DNA from: Octopus vulgaris
Lineage: Eukaryota
NCBI GenBank assembly: GCA_951406725.2
Contig: OX597815.1
Span: forward strand, 43,648,001 to 43,712,000
DNA length: 64,000 bases
Reading direction: 5' to 3'
The position numbers were made by a program, and so were the translations under genes. Of this stretch, positions 11,881 through 24,859 are shown piece after piece. The first letter of the stretch is position 1; the number at the start of each line of letters is the position of its first letter. The notes under the pieces are model-generated. The model was given only the letters and a program-made list of their open reading frames with translations. It searched no databases and was not told the DNA's origin.

Positions 11881-12069
11881 TAGAATGGTGTCTGTGTGTG
11901 CGCGCGCGTCTTTCTTTCAGAGTTAGTGCCCCCATCACCACCGTTTGAAACCGGTGTTGGTGTGTTTGCATCCCCGTAACTTATGAGTTCGGTAAAAATA
12001 AGCATTCGACCCCACATCCGAGTGACTTCATTTACACTTATTTGACTTTTTTTTACTTATAATTAAGAT

Positions 12070-13060
12070 AGTTTAACTTAGGTGGCAACTTACTTGTCCA
12101 ATGTTTCTGTTACACAGTTTTCCATCAAATCAAATCACTCTTTTGGAGTGGGGGTTGGAGAGTTTTGGGCACCTGTCTGTTTGTGTTATTGTCTGTGTCA
12201 GGAAGGGCAGAGAGAGGGTTGGTTACCTCAGGGAGAGGGTTGTTGACTGCAGGGGAGTGTTGGTGATTGCAGGGGTGGGTGTGACATCATGGGATCGATA
12301 GGATTCACATTTTTTCCTGAGACCTTTTTTTTGTTTTCCTCCTTCTTTAACTTGTGTCCATTCCTGCTCGTCTTCCTTCCCAGGCTCCTCACTTGTAGAC
12401 AACTTCGCCAGAGGTTGAGGTGCGACTTATTCTTTTGGTTCCTTTGCACTGGGTGAAGGGCATTCTGCCTTAATGTGGCCTTTTCCCCACACTTAAAACA
12501 CCTGGGCGTCCTGCCCTTCACCATGACTCTGAACTTGATGTCTCCGTTGACCGTGATGGATGGTCCCCCCCCCATACTTTCTAGATCCTGCAGAGCAGCC
12601 TGGATCACCATTTCCAGGCTTTGCCAGTTTCTTGTCGGCACTCTTTTTGCCTGGAGGACTACAATCTTGTCCTCCATACCAAGTAGGATGGCGGCTACCA
12701 GCCAGGCAACATCCACCTCAGGAGGGATCTCATCTACCCTTACCCGAGAAGCACGTCTTCCCAGGAAAATGGTTAGAAGGTCCACCGCTTCCGTCTTGAG
12801 GGAGTAACGGCATGCTGCCTGGCTACAGCCTCGGATGCAAACCGCACCTCCACAGTTGCGAACTTTCTCCCTCTAGCTAGGTAATCCACCACTTTCTAAA
12901 TGGGCTGCAGAGACCTCTCCACTTCAGCTCTCATAGCCACCTCTATGCGATGCAGTCTTATGTTGTATATTATATACAGCACCATTCTTTGGCTGTCCCT
13001 TTGGTAGTTTCCCCGAGAGGGGATACCTTGACATTGTTCCCCCACCTTTTCATCATTTCT
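12070..13060 (-). mobile_element. Degenerate LINE ORF1 (gag-like, CCHC knuckle), probably L1/Tx1 clade
   Basis: GRTPRCFKCGEK(G)HIKAEC zinc knuckle across a frameshift; upstream RRM-like segment; lysine-rich tail. Confidence 0.7.
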
Positions 13061-13104
13061 TGGAATCTTTCAATTCCCTCCAAATGCATATCTTGTGAAA
13101 CTCC

Positions 13105-13162
<58 letters not shown>

Positions 13163-13594
13163 TTCGTCTATACATCTCACCAGCTCTTCCTCATACAATG
13201 ACAGGTCAGTGTAGCTAATTCTTCCCATTTTAACTGCGCTTCCCACTTCAAACAAGGGGGACAGCGTTAACAAAACTGTCGTAAAGCAGCAAAAACAAGT
13301 GTCTTAAGACACAACAGTTAATAACAAATACAACTTTGACTAACCATTCACACGAACAAAATTCACGAATAACTCGATCTGAGATGATTGTAACAACGGT
13401 GAAAAAAATCAATGTTAATTTATTGATGGATTTGAGCGAGTCTATGTCTATATTATCAGGCAACTGCAAAAAAATGTTTAACAAAAATTCAAAACTCTGC
13501 AAAAATCCGGCACAAATTCTTCATGGTTCAAAACGTTGCTTAATTTTTACTCAGCCTGATATATATATATATATATATATATTTAGGGAGAGGT

Positions 13595-13650
<56 letters not shown>

Positions 13651-13871
13651 AATGAGATGAGATGAGATGAGAGATGAAGTATAGTAATTTACCTAATGGT
13701 AATTTGATTTGCGTCGCAACATTTTAGGAATTCTACATGGATAGGGATAGATTGAATCTGATTAGAACCAGAGAAATGTTGACATTTGGAACCGATTACA
13801 TATATCTGCAATTAGGAATTTTTATTAAAAATTAATTTACAACAAAACTGATTACATCTTAGAGGTTGTTA

Positions 13872-13996
13872 TTAATAATAAATCTCTGAACGAGGTATAA
13901 ACAGTAGCCGCACGACAATGTGAAGTATATTTGCCACTTAAATGTGGCTAACCACTAAGGGTGGATGCTACTGTAGCTTGTAGCCCCAGGAGAACT
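13872..13996 (+). mobile_element. Diverged copy of the 4634-4782 inverted-repeat arm
   Basis: aataataaatctctgaacgaggtataaacagtag...aatgtggcta...tagccccagg matches the arm. Confidence 0.75.
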
Positions 13997-14019
13997 GTTA
14001 TTAATATGAAGTGCAGCCG

Positions 14020-14855
14020 CATGGCTAATGGCTGAAACTGAACGAAAGCCTTACAGAGTACATTGGCCCAGCGGGGATTACAATCCCCAAGCCTAAGTCA
14101 GTGCGTGACCTGGATATCGACATGAGTGATGATACCTCTTTCCAAGTGCACATTACCAAGATGGCGACAAAGTGTTGACGGCTGGCTGGCTGGATCCTGA
14201 GAACCTTCGAAACCAGAGAAAGGGAAACCATGATGGTCCTCAGCCACCTGAACTACTACTCCCAACTATGGTCATCCCACAGTGTAAAATTAACAGTAGA
14301 CCTTGGTGCAATCCAGCAAAGCGTCACAAACAAGATCGTCTCATTGCAACAGCTCAGCTACTGGGAAAGGAAACAGCTAAGAATCTATCCCCTGGAGCGA
14401 AGGCGCGAAAGATATGCACTAATATACATCTGGAAGATCCTGCAAAAGATTGTGCAAAATTTTGGCATTGAAAGTTACACAAATGCCAGAATGGGTCGCT
14501 ACTTCACAGTGCCAAAGTTCCTAACAATACCGTCGCGCTTCGGGACCAGTTACTGCAACAGCCTGGATTTCAAGGGCCCACAGCTTTTTGATATCCTCCC
14601 ACAGGGCCTAAGGGACCTACACAAAGTGGATGTAGGTGTTTTCAAAGCGAAACTGAATCGCTACCTGTCGAGAGTCCCAGATGAACCTGTCTTGCGTCAG
14701 GGAGGCGCAAATGAGTGCTGTGACATCAAACTTCCTTATTCACCAAATGCCACATATCAGCGTAGGCTCTCAATAACATGTGTAGCAAAACGGCGGTGCC
14801 TCAGCATGGCCCTAGCTTTGAGCTGAAACCGATAAGAAAAGAAAATAAATAAAAT
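14020..14855 (+). mobile_element. 5'-truncated CR1/L2-type LINE: ORF2 C-terminus plus 3' UTR
   Basis: SVRDLDIDMSDDTSFQVHI, LSHLNYYSQLWS, LSYWER..LRIYPLERRRERYALIYIWKIL, GPQLFDILP, FKAKLNRYLSRVPDEP; A-rich tail. Confidence 0.85.
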
Positions 14856-14997
14856 AATATGTGTGTGTGTGTATGTGTATCACATGTTAAGATCATCTCT
14901 ACAGATTTTCCATAGAAATTATAGCCGACGTTTCGTATCCGAGACTCCTGATACAAACAACTATAAGATCGAAAATGAAAAATGGGTTATCGACGTA

Positions 14998-15037
14998 TAT
15001 GTCATATTTCAGGAGTTTTGCTCCTTCATCAGCATCC
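14998..15037 (-). ncRNA. Degenerate minimal hammerhead ribozyme relic
   Basis: Minus strand: ggatg CUGAUGA aggag-caaaa-cuccu GAAA uaugacau; perfect 5-bp stem II, damaged cleavage triplet. Confidence 0.5.
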
Positions 15038-15568
15038 AACCAAATCATTAATCATCGCCGAACTCATTGCTTAATTAGTTACTGCATGTCGCGGTGTAAA
15101 GTTATTGGATATACCAATTTACATATTTATCACATTCCTGGAACCGGTACGTAAATATTAATGACTTGTAACAAAGTCAGTGCTGGATATGATTTCTAAG
15201 GAAGATCTATAGAGATGACCTTTTCACCTGATTTAAGAGCACTGTTAACACAGTAATATACAGTATTCACAAATAAAAAAACTTTAATATACTGAGTATT
15301 ATACTATTGTTGCATGACGAAATAAATATGTATGTATATATGTATGTATGCCATTATTCAGTTTTATTTCAAGATTTCTAGCTAATAGAGAATGAGCCGG
15401 TTTCTAACCCAGATCCAAGGTTCCTTCATCGGAATTTCAACAACATCAGCAGGGTATTTTTATATGTATATATGTATGTATACATGCAGATTCGTATGCT
15501 TTTGTTTTATGTATGTATCCTCATGTCTATATTTTGTATACCTAGGGAAGATCATATATACTTAAATG

Positions 15569-15599
<31 letters not shown>

Positions 15600-15969
15600 T
15601 GTATGTATGTATGTATGTATGTATGTGTGTATGAATGTATGTATGTATGTATGTATGTATGTATGTATGTATGTATGTATGTATGTATGTATGTATGTAT
15701 TAATACCTAGCCATTGTAGTTTGGAAGACACATATAAGCCACAAAGACTGTTAACGTTACTAACACATTTAGTATCAAAATTTTCTTCGCACCAATTGCG
15801 ACATGGTCACTGACACGGTTCTACTGCAACTCAGTGGACACCAAATAACAAAGGTTTAAGTGAAGTTGACAGTCTTTGTGTTTTTGAATGGGTAAAGTGT
15901 GTCTTCCATAAGTAATTGTTTCAATTTCAACACACGGTCTCAGTTCAAAGCACTTGCTAGGCAAGTACA

Positions 15970-16194
<225 letters not shown>

Positions 16195-16242
16195 TATTTA
16201 TATTTATATATATATATATACATACATATCTATCTATATATT

Positions 16243-16590
16243 CTTTTTTTATTTTACTTGTTTCAGTTATTTGACTTCCACCATGCTGGAGCACCGCCTT
16301 TAGTCGAACAAATCGACCCCAGTACTTCTTAGTAAGCCTAGTACTTATTCTATTGGTTTCTTGCTTCAGTCATCGGACTGCGACCACGATGGGACACCAT
16401 TCTAACTGGCTTAGTCGAACAATCTGACCCCGATACTTATCTATTGTCTTCTATTTCTTTCTTTCTTTTTTTTTTTTGATCTGGTAGTTATTTTGTCGAT
16501 CTTGTCCGTCGAACCGATAAGTTATGGGGACGTAAACAAACACTAGTTATCAAGTAGTGGCGGGACAAGGACACACACTTACAATATACA
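16243..16590 (-). mobile_element. SINE family A 3' fragments (two)
   Basis: ttttacttgtttcagt..ccatgctggagcaccgcctttagtcgaac tail, repeated in degenerate form. Confidence 0.75.
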
Positions 16591-16595
16591 CGTAT

Positions 16596-16715
16596 ATATG
16601 TACCATAAACCAAATGAATCCCTTAGATATATAGACATTAATTCTAACCACCCCAAAAATATATTAGACAACCTAATGAAAAGTGTCTCAATTAGAATAT
16701 CTAGCCTGTCCGCCA

Positions 16716-16716
<1 letters not shown>
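16596..16716 (+). pseudogene. Penelope-like element reverse transcriptase fragment (thumb region)
   Basis: YHKPNESLRYIDINSNHPKNILDNLMKSVSIRISSLSA fits the PLE YxKP...YI...SxHP...RISxLS signature; embedded in (TA)n. Confidence 0.7.
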
Positions 16717-16770
<54 letters not shown>

Positions 16771-17473
16771 TACACATACAAATGAGATGCGCTTTAACTA
16801 CAGCATCAATACTTTTTAATACTATTTCTAACAATGCAGGTGTTCTAACTTACCTAGTCACATTTAATGACAGTTATAATTTTCCATGTGTTTGTGTGTG
16901 TGTGTGTGTATAAACTCGGGATTATTATTTTATTAGTTTCCGTCTAGCAATTTCACTCGCTCACAAGACTCTGGTTATTCTGGGCTATTATAAAAGACAC
17001 CCACACAAGGTGCCACGCAGAAATACTGAACTCGAAACCGTGTGATTGGGAAGCAAACATCATACGACAGAGCCATGATACATGTGGGATGTCTATTAAT
17101 ATTAATATATACACTGTTATATATTTTGTTTTAAATATATGCGTCATTCGTTTCTGAATATCATCAGACCAACAATGAGTCGTTCAAAAACTTTTACGTA
17201 AGTTTATTTGGTTTTATATCGTTGCAAATATTTTTATGAATCAGTTTTATGACTTTGTTCAGTCGCACAAAATTCATTGGGAACACAATAAGCATCCTTA
17301 TGGAAACACAATGGTTGGCTTTAGTGACTAAAATCACACAAACAAACATAGACACTCACACATACACAAACGTGGTAATATATATATAAAATGTTATAGT
17401 ATCATCAAATCAAAACATTATAAAACGTTTTACTTAACCTAATCAAAAATATTACATTTACTATATTAATTAT

Positions 17474-17725
17474 GTGGAGCCTCGTGGCTTAGTGTTTAAG
17501 GTGTCAGCACCATGATCGTAAGATTGTGGTTTCGATTCCTGAACCGGGCGACACGTTGTGTTCTTGAGCAAAACTCTTCATTTCACGTTGCTCCAGTCCA
17601 CTCAGCTGGAAAAAAAATGATTAACGCTGCGATGGACTGGCGTCCCGTCCAGCTGGGGAACACATACTCCATAGAAACCGGGAAACCGGGCCCAGGAGTC
17701 GAGCTAGTCTTCAAAAGGGCGTATT
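17474..17725 (+). mobile_element. tRNA-type SINE, family C
   Basis: A box tggcttagtg, B box gtttcgattcc, tgtgttcttgagcaaaac core; inverted copies at 45410-45596 and 57190-57372. Confidence 0.85.
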
Positions 17726-17982
17726 ATATTTTCCATGTGAATTTGTGTGTGTGTGTGTGTATAAACTCGGGGAGTGGGCAAAAATTCTTTCAGTTTCCAG
17801 TCTAGCAATTTCACTCGCTCACAAGAAACTCTGGTTATTCTGGGCTATTATAAAAGACACCCACACAAGGTGCCACGCAGAAATACTTTTAGCTTCACTA
17901 ACACCATATTAAGAGACAAGAAAGACAGGCACATTGAGAAAATGCAGCAAATGGGTTAGAACGACAGAATAACTTCATGCTG

Positions 17983-18140
17983 CGCAGGCATGGTTATATG
18001 GTTAAAATTTTCGCTTTACAACCACTGGTTTCCAGTTCAGTCCCAGTAAGAGGCACCTGGGCAAGTATCTTCTGCTATAGTCCCGTGCCGACTAATGTCT
18101 TATGAATGAATTTGGTAGAAGGAAACTGCATCGTGCATAT
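17983..18140 (+). mobile_element. Degenerate SINE family A 5' half
   Basis: cgcaggcatggttatatggt...gttcagtccca...gggcaagtatcttctgctatag. Confidence 0.7.
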
Positions 18141-18170
18141 GATAGGAAACACATCGTGCATATGATACAT

Positions 18171-18240
<70 letters not shown>

Positions 18241-18359
18241 GCTGTGGTCCAATATGGATGCAGTCAAATGTCTGTAAAAAGTAAATACACACACATACAC
18301 ACACATATATATACATATACATATATGCATACATGTGTGTGTGTGTGTGTGTGCGCGTG

Positions 18360-18485
18360 TATTAGGTTGTCACGCATGAAATATCGTATTTCAAAGGTAA
18401 CAATAAAATGTTTCAGATGTGTTAGAAAACTGATTTATTTGATCAAAGTATGATCCATGTTCATTTGTGACGTTTACCCATCAGC
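18360..18485 (-). mobile_element. Mariner 3' terminal fragment
   Basis: ta|ttaggttgtc TIR-like start; minus-strand VTNEHGSYFDQN resembles a mariner transposase C-terminus. Confidence 0.45.
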
Positions 18486-19640
18486 AGATGGTTTATACGA
18501 TAATCATAATTCCAAGTTTCATCATTTGTCATAAGATAGTTTGTGATGAACACTAATACCATGTTCGGATAACTTTTCTGTGAATCTCGTCCACCTATAA
18601 TTTACCCCTGGAAAGTAAAAAGAGCGAACAACGTTGATATGGAAGTTTGCTATCAGATGATACGGGAAACAGAGGTCCTCCCCAATAAAACGCCATTTTG
18701 TTTTTGCTGTAAACTAACTAGTCACACAAGTGTTCTTCACTATTTTCAAGTTCATGTTTCATTACTGACATAAAAATTTCTTTGGGAAGTTCTTTCAGAA
18801 TTGTTTGCTCGCCTTGTTTTATAGATTATTAACCTCGGCGAAGTAGGTGCCTCTCTCACTAATATTCCAAACCATAGCCAAATGATGATTTCTGATATAG
18901 GTTAGCAGTTTTTGACGGGAAGGGGATAATCGATACTATCGATCTTAGTATTTGACTGGTACTTCAAAAAGATCAAAGGTAGACTTGAACTCGGCATGAT
19001 TTGAACTCAGAACGTAAAACACCAAGAACAAACTCTACTAAGTATTTCTTCCGATACCCTGGTCGACGATTTGATGCGGCAGAATCACTTGATTTTATTT
19101 GATATTTCAGCTCTTTCTTTATCAGTGGCAATTGGTTGAGTAATGGCCTTCTCTGCCCTTGTAGAAATTCTTTTTGTAGTCTCGTCTACATTAGCAATCT
19201 GTATACAAAAAAAAAAAATGAACGAGACTTGATCGCATTTAGATGGAATTTGATCTCACTGAAACTTTTCCTTACTTTTCCCCAAGTCTTGATTTACGGT
19301 GTTATATTTCCAAAGTAAAAATAAGCTACATGAATTATAAACAACTATCCCTTTTACAATTATTATAATTTTTCTGCCTCACTCGCTATGGAAGGCTGTT
19401 CTCATTTAAAGTGCATTAATACACCCACGAATAAGTTATATCTCAGTGCTGTGAATACATTTTTGACTATAATTATATTGTAGTCAAAAAGAAATTCATA
19501 ATCTACAACTCACTGATTCCATTTATGTGTCTTATTTTGTATTAATATTATCATTATAATAGCAGAAAATTCAATGAATGTGGGAAGTTATTTTCGTTCA
19601 AATGCGTATTAGACAAATCATATTTGTTTAGACAGACACA

Positions 19641-19725
<85 letters not shown>

Positions 19726-20355
19726 TCACTCACTCACACACACACTCACACATACTCACGCGCTATTATACCTACAATTTACAAAACAGACTTGCATTTT
19801 ATGTAATTTAGTAGTTTTTCCTTTGAAATAGTAACAAACTTCCTGGTAAATAACATGACTCATACCATGCATATCTTTTTCTTTGAAAAGAAGAAGAACT
19901 AACAACAGAAACGTCGACATTTTTTCTTCTTTCAGTAAAGCCACAAAATAACACCTTATTCATTATTTCTTTCCGTTTTTTAAATACTATCTTGTCTAGT
20001 CTTGTCTATGCTTGTATGTTTGTGAATATGCATATAGTCTCATATAACATCGTATCTATGTGAAAATATGCATGTAGTCTCATATAATATCGCTTAACTA
20101 TATATAAATTAATGCTCACATTTTCTTCTCTCTGCGGTCACCTATGGTAATTACAATCTGCATTTTTTTTATTCTGTGAACAAAATTTTCAAAACAATTA
20201 CATTTATACAAAAACTTTTCAGTTACTTACTTTTGCGAGTAGAATTCTTACCAAATCTTGAAACAGCTGTATACAAAATCAACGATTAGAATTCGTTCGG
20301 AGATAACGTTTCCTATTTTCTTTTTTTTTTTCTATTGTAGAAGTTTAAAAAAAAA

Positions 20356-20705
20356 GCAGGCTTGGCTTTGAGGTAAGAGATTTGCTCCTAGCTACATAGT
20401 CCGGATTCAGCTCCACTGCAGCATTTGGGCAAATGTCTTTGGTTTGGATGACGGAAATTGAAACATCACCGTACACACACACACACGCGCGCGTGCACAT
20501 TCAAACATACATATAGATGTGTGTGTATGTGTGTGTCTTTCTGTCTCTGCTTTCCACTAAAGCTTGACAACCAGTGTTGGTGTGTTCACCTCACCGTAAC
20601 TTAGCAGTTTGGCTAAAGATATTAATAGAATAAGTATCACGCTTTAAAAAAAATTATGAGTCGATTTATTCGACTAAAAATTCTTCAAAGCGGTACCCCA
20701 GCATG
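20356..20705 (+). mobile_element. Degenerate SINE family A
   Basis: gcaggcttggctttgaggtaag head; cttgacaaccagtgttggtgtgtt body; gcggtaccccagcatg tail. Confidence 0.7.
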
Positions 20706-20940
20706 TTTGTTTGGAAGCCTGTCTGATGGATTGTACCTGTTATTCAAAAAGCAACCTTTGATCTGCATTTCGGTACATTGATTCTATCAAGTGTTTCATT
20801 TAAGAGTACAAGTACCTGTGGAATACTCAGCCACTTGCACATAGTTCATTCTGAGTAGGTGGTTGTATTTTGAATCTGCTTTGAAAATATGCACACACAC
20901 ACATACATATATGTGTACATATATGATTATATATGTATAC

Positions 20941-20972
<32 letters not shown>

Positions 20973-21076
20973 TTGTGTGTATGTATACACATATATTATT
21001 GTGTGTGAGTATGTATATATATATATGTATTATCATATATATATATATATATAGTACACATATATATATATGATAC

Positions 21077-21131
<55 letters not shown>

Positions 21132-21195
21132 CTCACACACACAATAATATATGTGTATACATACACACAAACACACACACAAACACACACACATA

Positions 21196-22442
21196 TTGGG
21201 TTGGCAAGAAAGTAATTTCGGTTTTTAATGTGAAATAAAAGTCATTTTTCACATACAAAGAAAGAACTTTAATCAATCATATATTTTCCATTTTGTTCGA
21301 TGACCTTTTGCCATCTTTCTGGCAACTTCATGATTCTGCACTCTTAGAACTTCTGGTCCTTATTAGCCAAAAACTGAAGCAAGAGCGATCTCAGCTCATC
21401 ATCATTATTGAAAGTTTTACCATTGAAAGAATTTTGCAAACTTCGAAATAAATGGTAATCTGATGGTGCAAGATTAGGGCTATATGGTGGATGTGACATC
21501 ACTTCCCAACCAAGATCCAATAATTTTCCCGGGAAAGCAAAGACGTGTGTGGTCAAGTATTGTCATGGTGGAACATGATTCCTTTACGATTTGCCAATTT
21601 TGGCCGTTTTTCTTTGGTTGCTTTCTCCAGTTTCATTAGTTGCTGACAGTAAACATCTGAATTAATCATTTAGGTCCTTGGAAGCAGCTCAAAATACACA
21701 CTACCTTTGTAATCCCACTAAATTGACAGCATGACTTTTTGGTGCAATTCAACTTTTGATGTGGTTTATGTTGGTTCATTACGCATGGACTATGATCGTT
21801 TTCGATTGATGCAATTGTAGACAATCCATTTTCATTACCGGTGATGATTCGTTTAAAAAAGGGCGATTTCATTGAGCTTGAGATGCATATCGCAAATATC
21901 TTTCAAATTATGCTTAACCCAAATATCGAGCTTCTTAACGAGTCCAAGACATTTTAAGTGATTTTCAATTGTGTGTAATATATTTAACATCTCTGCAATC
22001 CCTTGCAGTTATATAACAATCAGATTCAATTATGGCTTTGATTCGATCATCATCGACTGCAGTAGGCCGACCAGAACGTTAGTCAACCTTGAGTGAAACA
22101 TCTCCAGAATAGAATTTTTAAACCATTTCTGACTTGTGCGTTCTATTACGCAATCAACACCATAAACTTCACATATCTCTTTGTGAGACACAGCAGCTTT
22201 CTTGCCCTTCCGGAAATAAACGAGGCAAATATGGTGAAAACGTTCGTTTTTGTACTCCATGTTAAAATTCACACTGAACAAACAGCTGTGAACAAAATTA
22301 CGCGCTATTTGCTTCTAAAATAAGCTAAAAGTAACAACTATCAAATGTCAAAATGAAAAATTCATAAGATTGACAAAAGTCATTCAAAGAATCATAACTC
22401 TACGTATTTGCGAAAAACGACATTACTTTCTTGCCAACCCAA
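21196..22442 (-). mobile_element. Full-length decayed mariner element, 1247 bp
   Basis: TIRs ttgggttggcaagaaagtaat / attactttcttgccaacccaa with TA TSDs; transposase ~22260-21269 with FFKRIITG.E, HHDNT and HPPYSPNLAPSDYHLFRSL; frameshifts and stops. Confidence 0.95.
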
Positions 22443-22501
22443 TATATATGTACGTGTGTATATAAATATAAATATATGTACACATACATACATATATATA
22501 T

Positions 22502-22586
<85 letters not shown>

Positions 22587-22644
22587 TGTATGTATGTATG
22601 TATGTATGTATGTATGTATAGATAGATAGATATTATATATACAT

Positions 22645-22685
<41 letters not shown>

Positions 22686-22702
22686 CATATACACATACAT
22701 AT

Positions 22703-22914
22703 TCTCTTACTTGTTTCAGTCATTTGACTACGACCATGCTGGAACACCGCCTTTAGTCGAACAAATCAGCCCCAGGACTTCTTTGTAAGCCTAGTATTTA
22801 TTCTATCAGTCTCATTTGGCGAACCGGTAAGTTACGGGGGCATAAATACACCAACATCGGCTGTCAAGCGATGGTGGGGGGACAGAGACACACAAACACA
22901 GATACACATATAGA

Positions 22915-22983
<69 letters not shown>

Positions 22984-23085
22984 GACGGATCTCTTTCAGT
23001 TTCAGTCTACCAAATCCAAATCGGGCTTTGGTCGGCCCGAGGCTATTAGTAGAAGACACTTGCTCAAGGTGCCACGCCTGCGACT
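22703..23085 (-). mobile_element. SINE family A with a deletion in the head
   Basis: Tail, body and internal (TA)(CA) microsatellite present; gccacg joins directly to cctgcg. Confidence 0.85.
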
Positions 23086-23100
23086 ATAGATACATATATG

Positions 23101-23153
<53 letters not shown>

Positions 23154-23364
23154 GAGAGAGAAAGAGAGAGAGATAATGGTTCAAATGAACAAATAAAACC
23201 TTCTTAATGTACAAAATATATATACATGTATGTGTGCAAAAAGAGAAGGCAGACTCAAAATTTTCACATGAAAATCAAGTATAAATATACACATACTTTT
23301 TAATAGAGCAAACTTACTCAGATTTCATAGACTCAAAGAATTAGAGGAGAGAAATCGTTTCAAG

Positions 23365-23490
23365 TCCGACAGCTGTTTCTGAGGGTCCGGAGTTACTTCA
23401 TAATGAGGCAGGCGTAGTTCATGAAAAATTTGCAGTAATGGAAGCAAATAATCGCTGGTAAAGTCCAGAGCCTTCTTCGTCAGAGTGGAT
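23365..23490 (-). ncRNA. Hammerhead-like motif with a ~97-nt extended stem II
   Basis: Minus strand: CUGACGA (23483-23477), imperfect stem gaaggcucugga/uccggacccuc, GAAACAGCUGUC (23379-23368) with palindromic stem III and GUC; stem I weak. Confidence 0.45.
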
Positions 23491-23673
23491 AAATAAGAGT
23501 CTAACGTATGAGATCATTATGCAGTGGAATTTAAAGATAGAATAGATATAATAGAAGGCAAGGATGTGGTAGTGGCAGGGTGGATAGATAAAAGTCTAAC
23601 GTATCAGATCGTTTTACAGTGAAATGAAAAGGTAGATAGATATAGGAGAAGATAAGGAAGTGGTTGTGGCAGG
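23485..23673. repeat. Two diverged tandem ~95-bp units
   Basis: gtggata.ata..agtctaacgtat.agatc...gtggcagg starts at 23485 and at 23580. Confidence 0.8.
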
Positions 23674-24079
23674 AGGAGGTATGTAGCCGGATGGGAGTAT
23701 GTGGAATGTTGGCGCAAGGAAAGGGGGAAGCGGTCAGAGAATTATATCAAGGTAATAATAACAACCACTTCGTTGACTGGTAAATAAGTCAATAGTATGC
23801 GGTAGTTCCGGCTAGAAAGCAAAATTGTGACAAACTCATTCAAATATTTCTCTATATAACCGGATCTAATTATGATAAACACTTTATAAAGCTAATCGTA
23901 CGTATATTAATGTATTCTGTTGCCGTTGTCGTTTAACTACAGATCGAAAATATGCATGATACAGGGCATTCCAACCGTGACAATATCATATTTTTTTGTG
24001 TGTAATATATCTTGAATTATCAACTTTTGATCATGAATTATTTTTTAAATTGGTAGTGTGGGGATTGAGGGAGATTTTT

Positions 24080-24859
24080 GGATCTACTTGGCTTGGCTGC
24101 CAGCATTTCAAAAATTAAAGTTTATCGAAAATTTTAAAATTTGGCACATTAATATTCTTTCCCAAGCTGAATTGCTGGCGTTATTTCACTTTTTCCAGAT
24201 ATATATTTTAAAAAAGTTATAGAGATTTAAAGTTGATCGTTTTCAGCCAGTCAGGAAACAAAATTTGGAACCTGTCATTTTGTGCATGACTGCACGTGTT
24301 ATTTTGTGCGAAAATAGCACGTGTTTTTATATAAAACTGTAAACAAATCAAATTCTGCTTAACGTACGACATATAACCACTTATACTTTTTTGATTTGAG
24401 AATTTTCAGAAATGTTTGGAGAATTTGTACTCTACACACGGGAATTCATGCGGTTATGCAAAAAAAATTGTTTTAATGGTGAGGGGCTGATTTAAGGCCT
24501 ATTTAGCTGTTAGTTTTAGCACACCTCACGACCTGGATACAAGCAGTAGATGGGCACAAGCAACAGAACACAGCGCCAATGTACGTGGTATCGCGTAAAA
24601 TATGTTTGTCAACAAGTACTTTCTCGCTGACAAAAGAGTTCTTATGTTTGGCTTAACAGGTATGGATGTGTCTGTGACTTACGATTGGCTGAAATTGCCC
24701 CAAAATTTTCAAACTTTAATTACTGACAACTCTTTATTTATTGATTTATAGCGAAAATGATTTTCACGTCATTCATTAGCCTATAAAAGTGTATCATTAC
24801 ACTGAATATAAAATCAGTTCGAACAGAAATTAATGCTGGCAGTCACACCAACTAGATCC
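24080..24859. mobile_element. Non-autonomous TIR DNA transposon, 780 bp, 28-bp TIRs, 8-bp TSD (Merlin-like termini)
   Basis: ggatctacttggcttggctgccagcatt / aatgctggcagtcacaccaactagatcc (24/28); perfect TSD agattttt at 24072-24079 and 24860-24867. Confidence 0.85.

Noticed and set aside
17140-17172. Minus-strand CUGAUGA-uauuca-GAAAC
   Set aside because: No convincing stem I, II or III
19830-19870. ETS-like and AP-1-like motifs
   Set aside because: Short motifs expected by chance, with no supporting gene context
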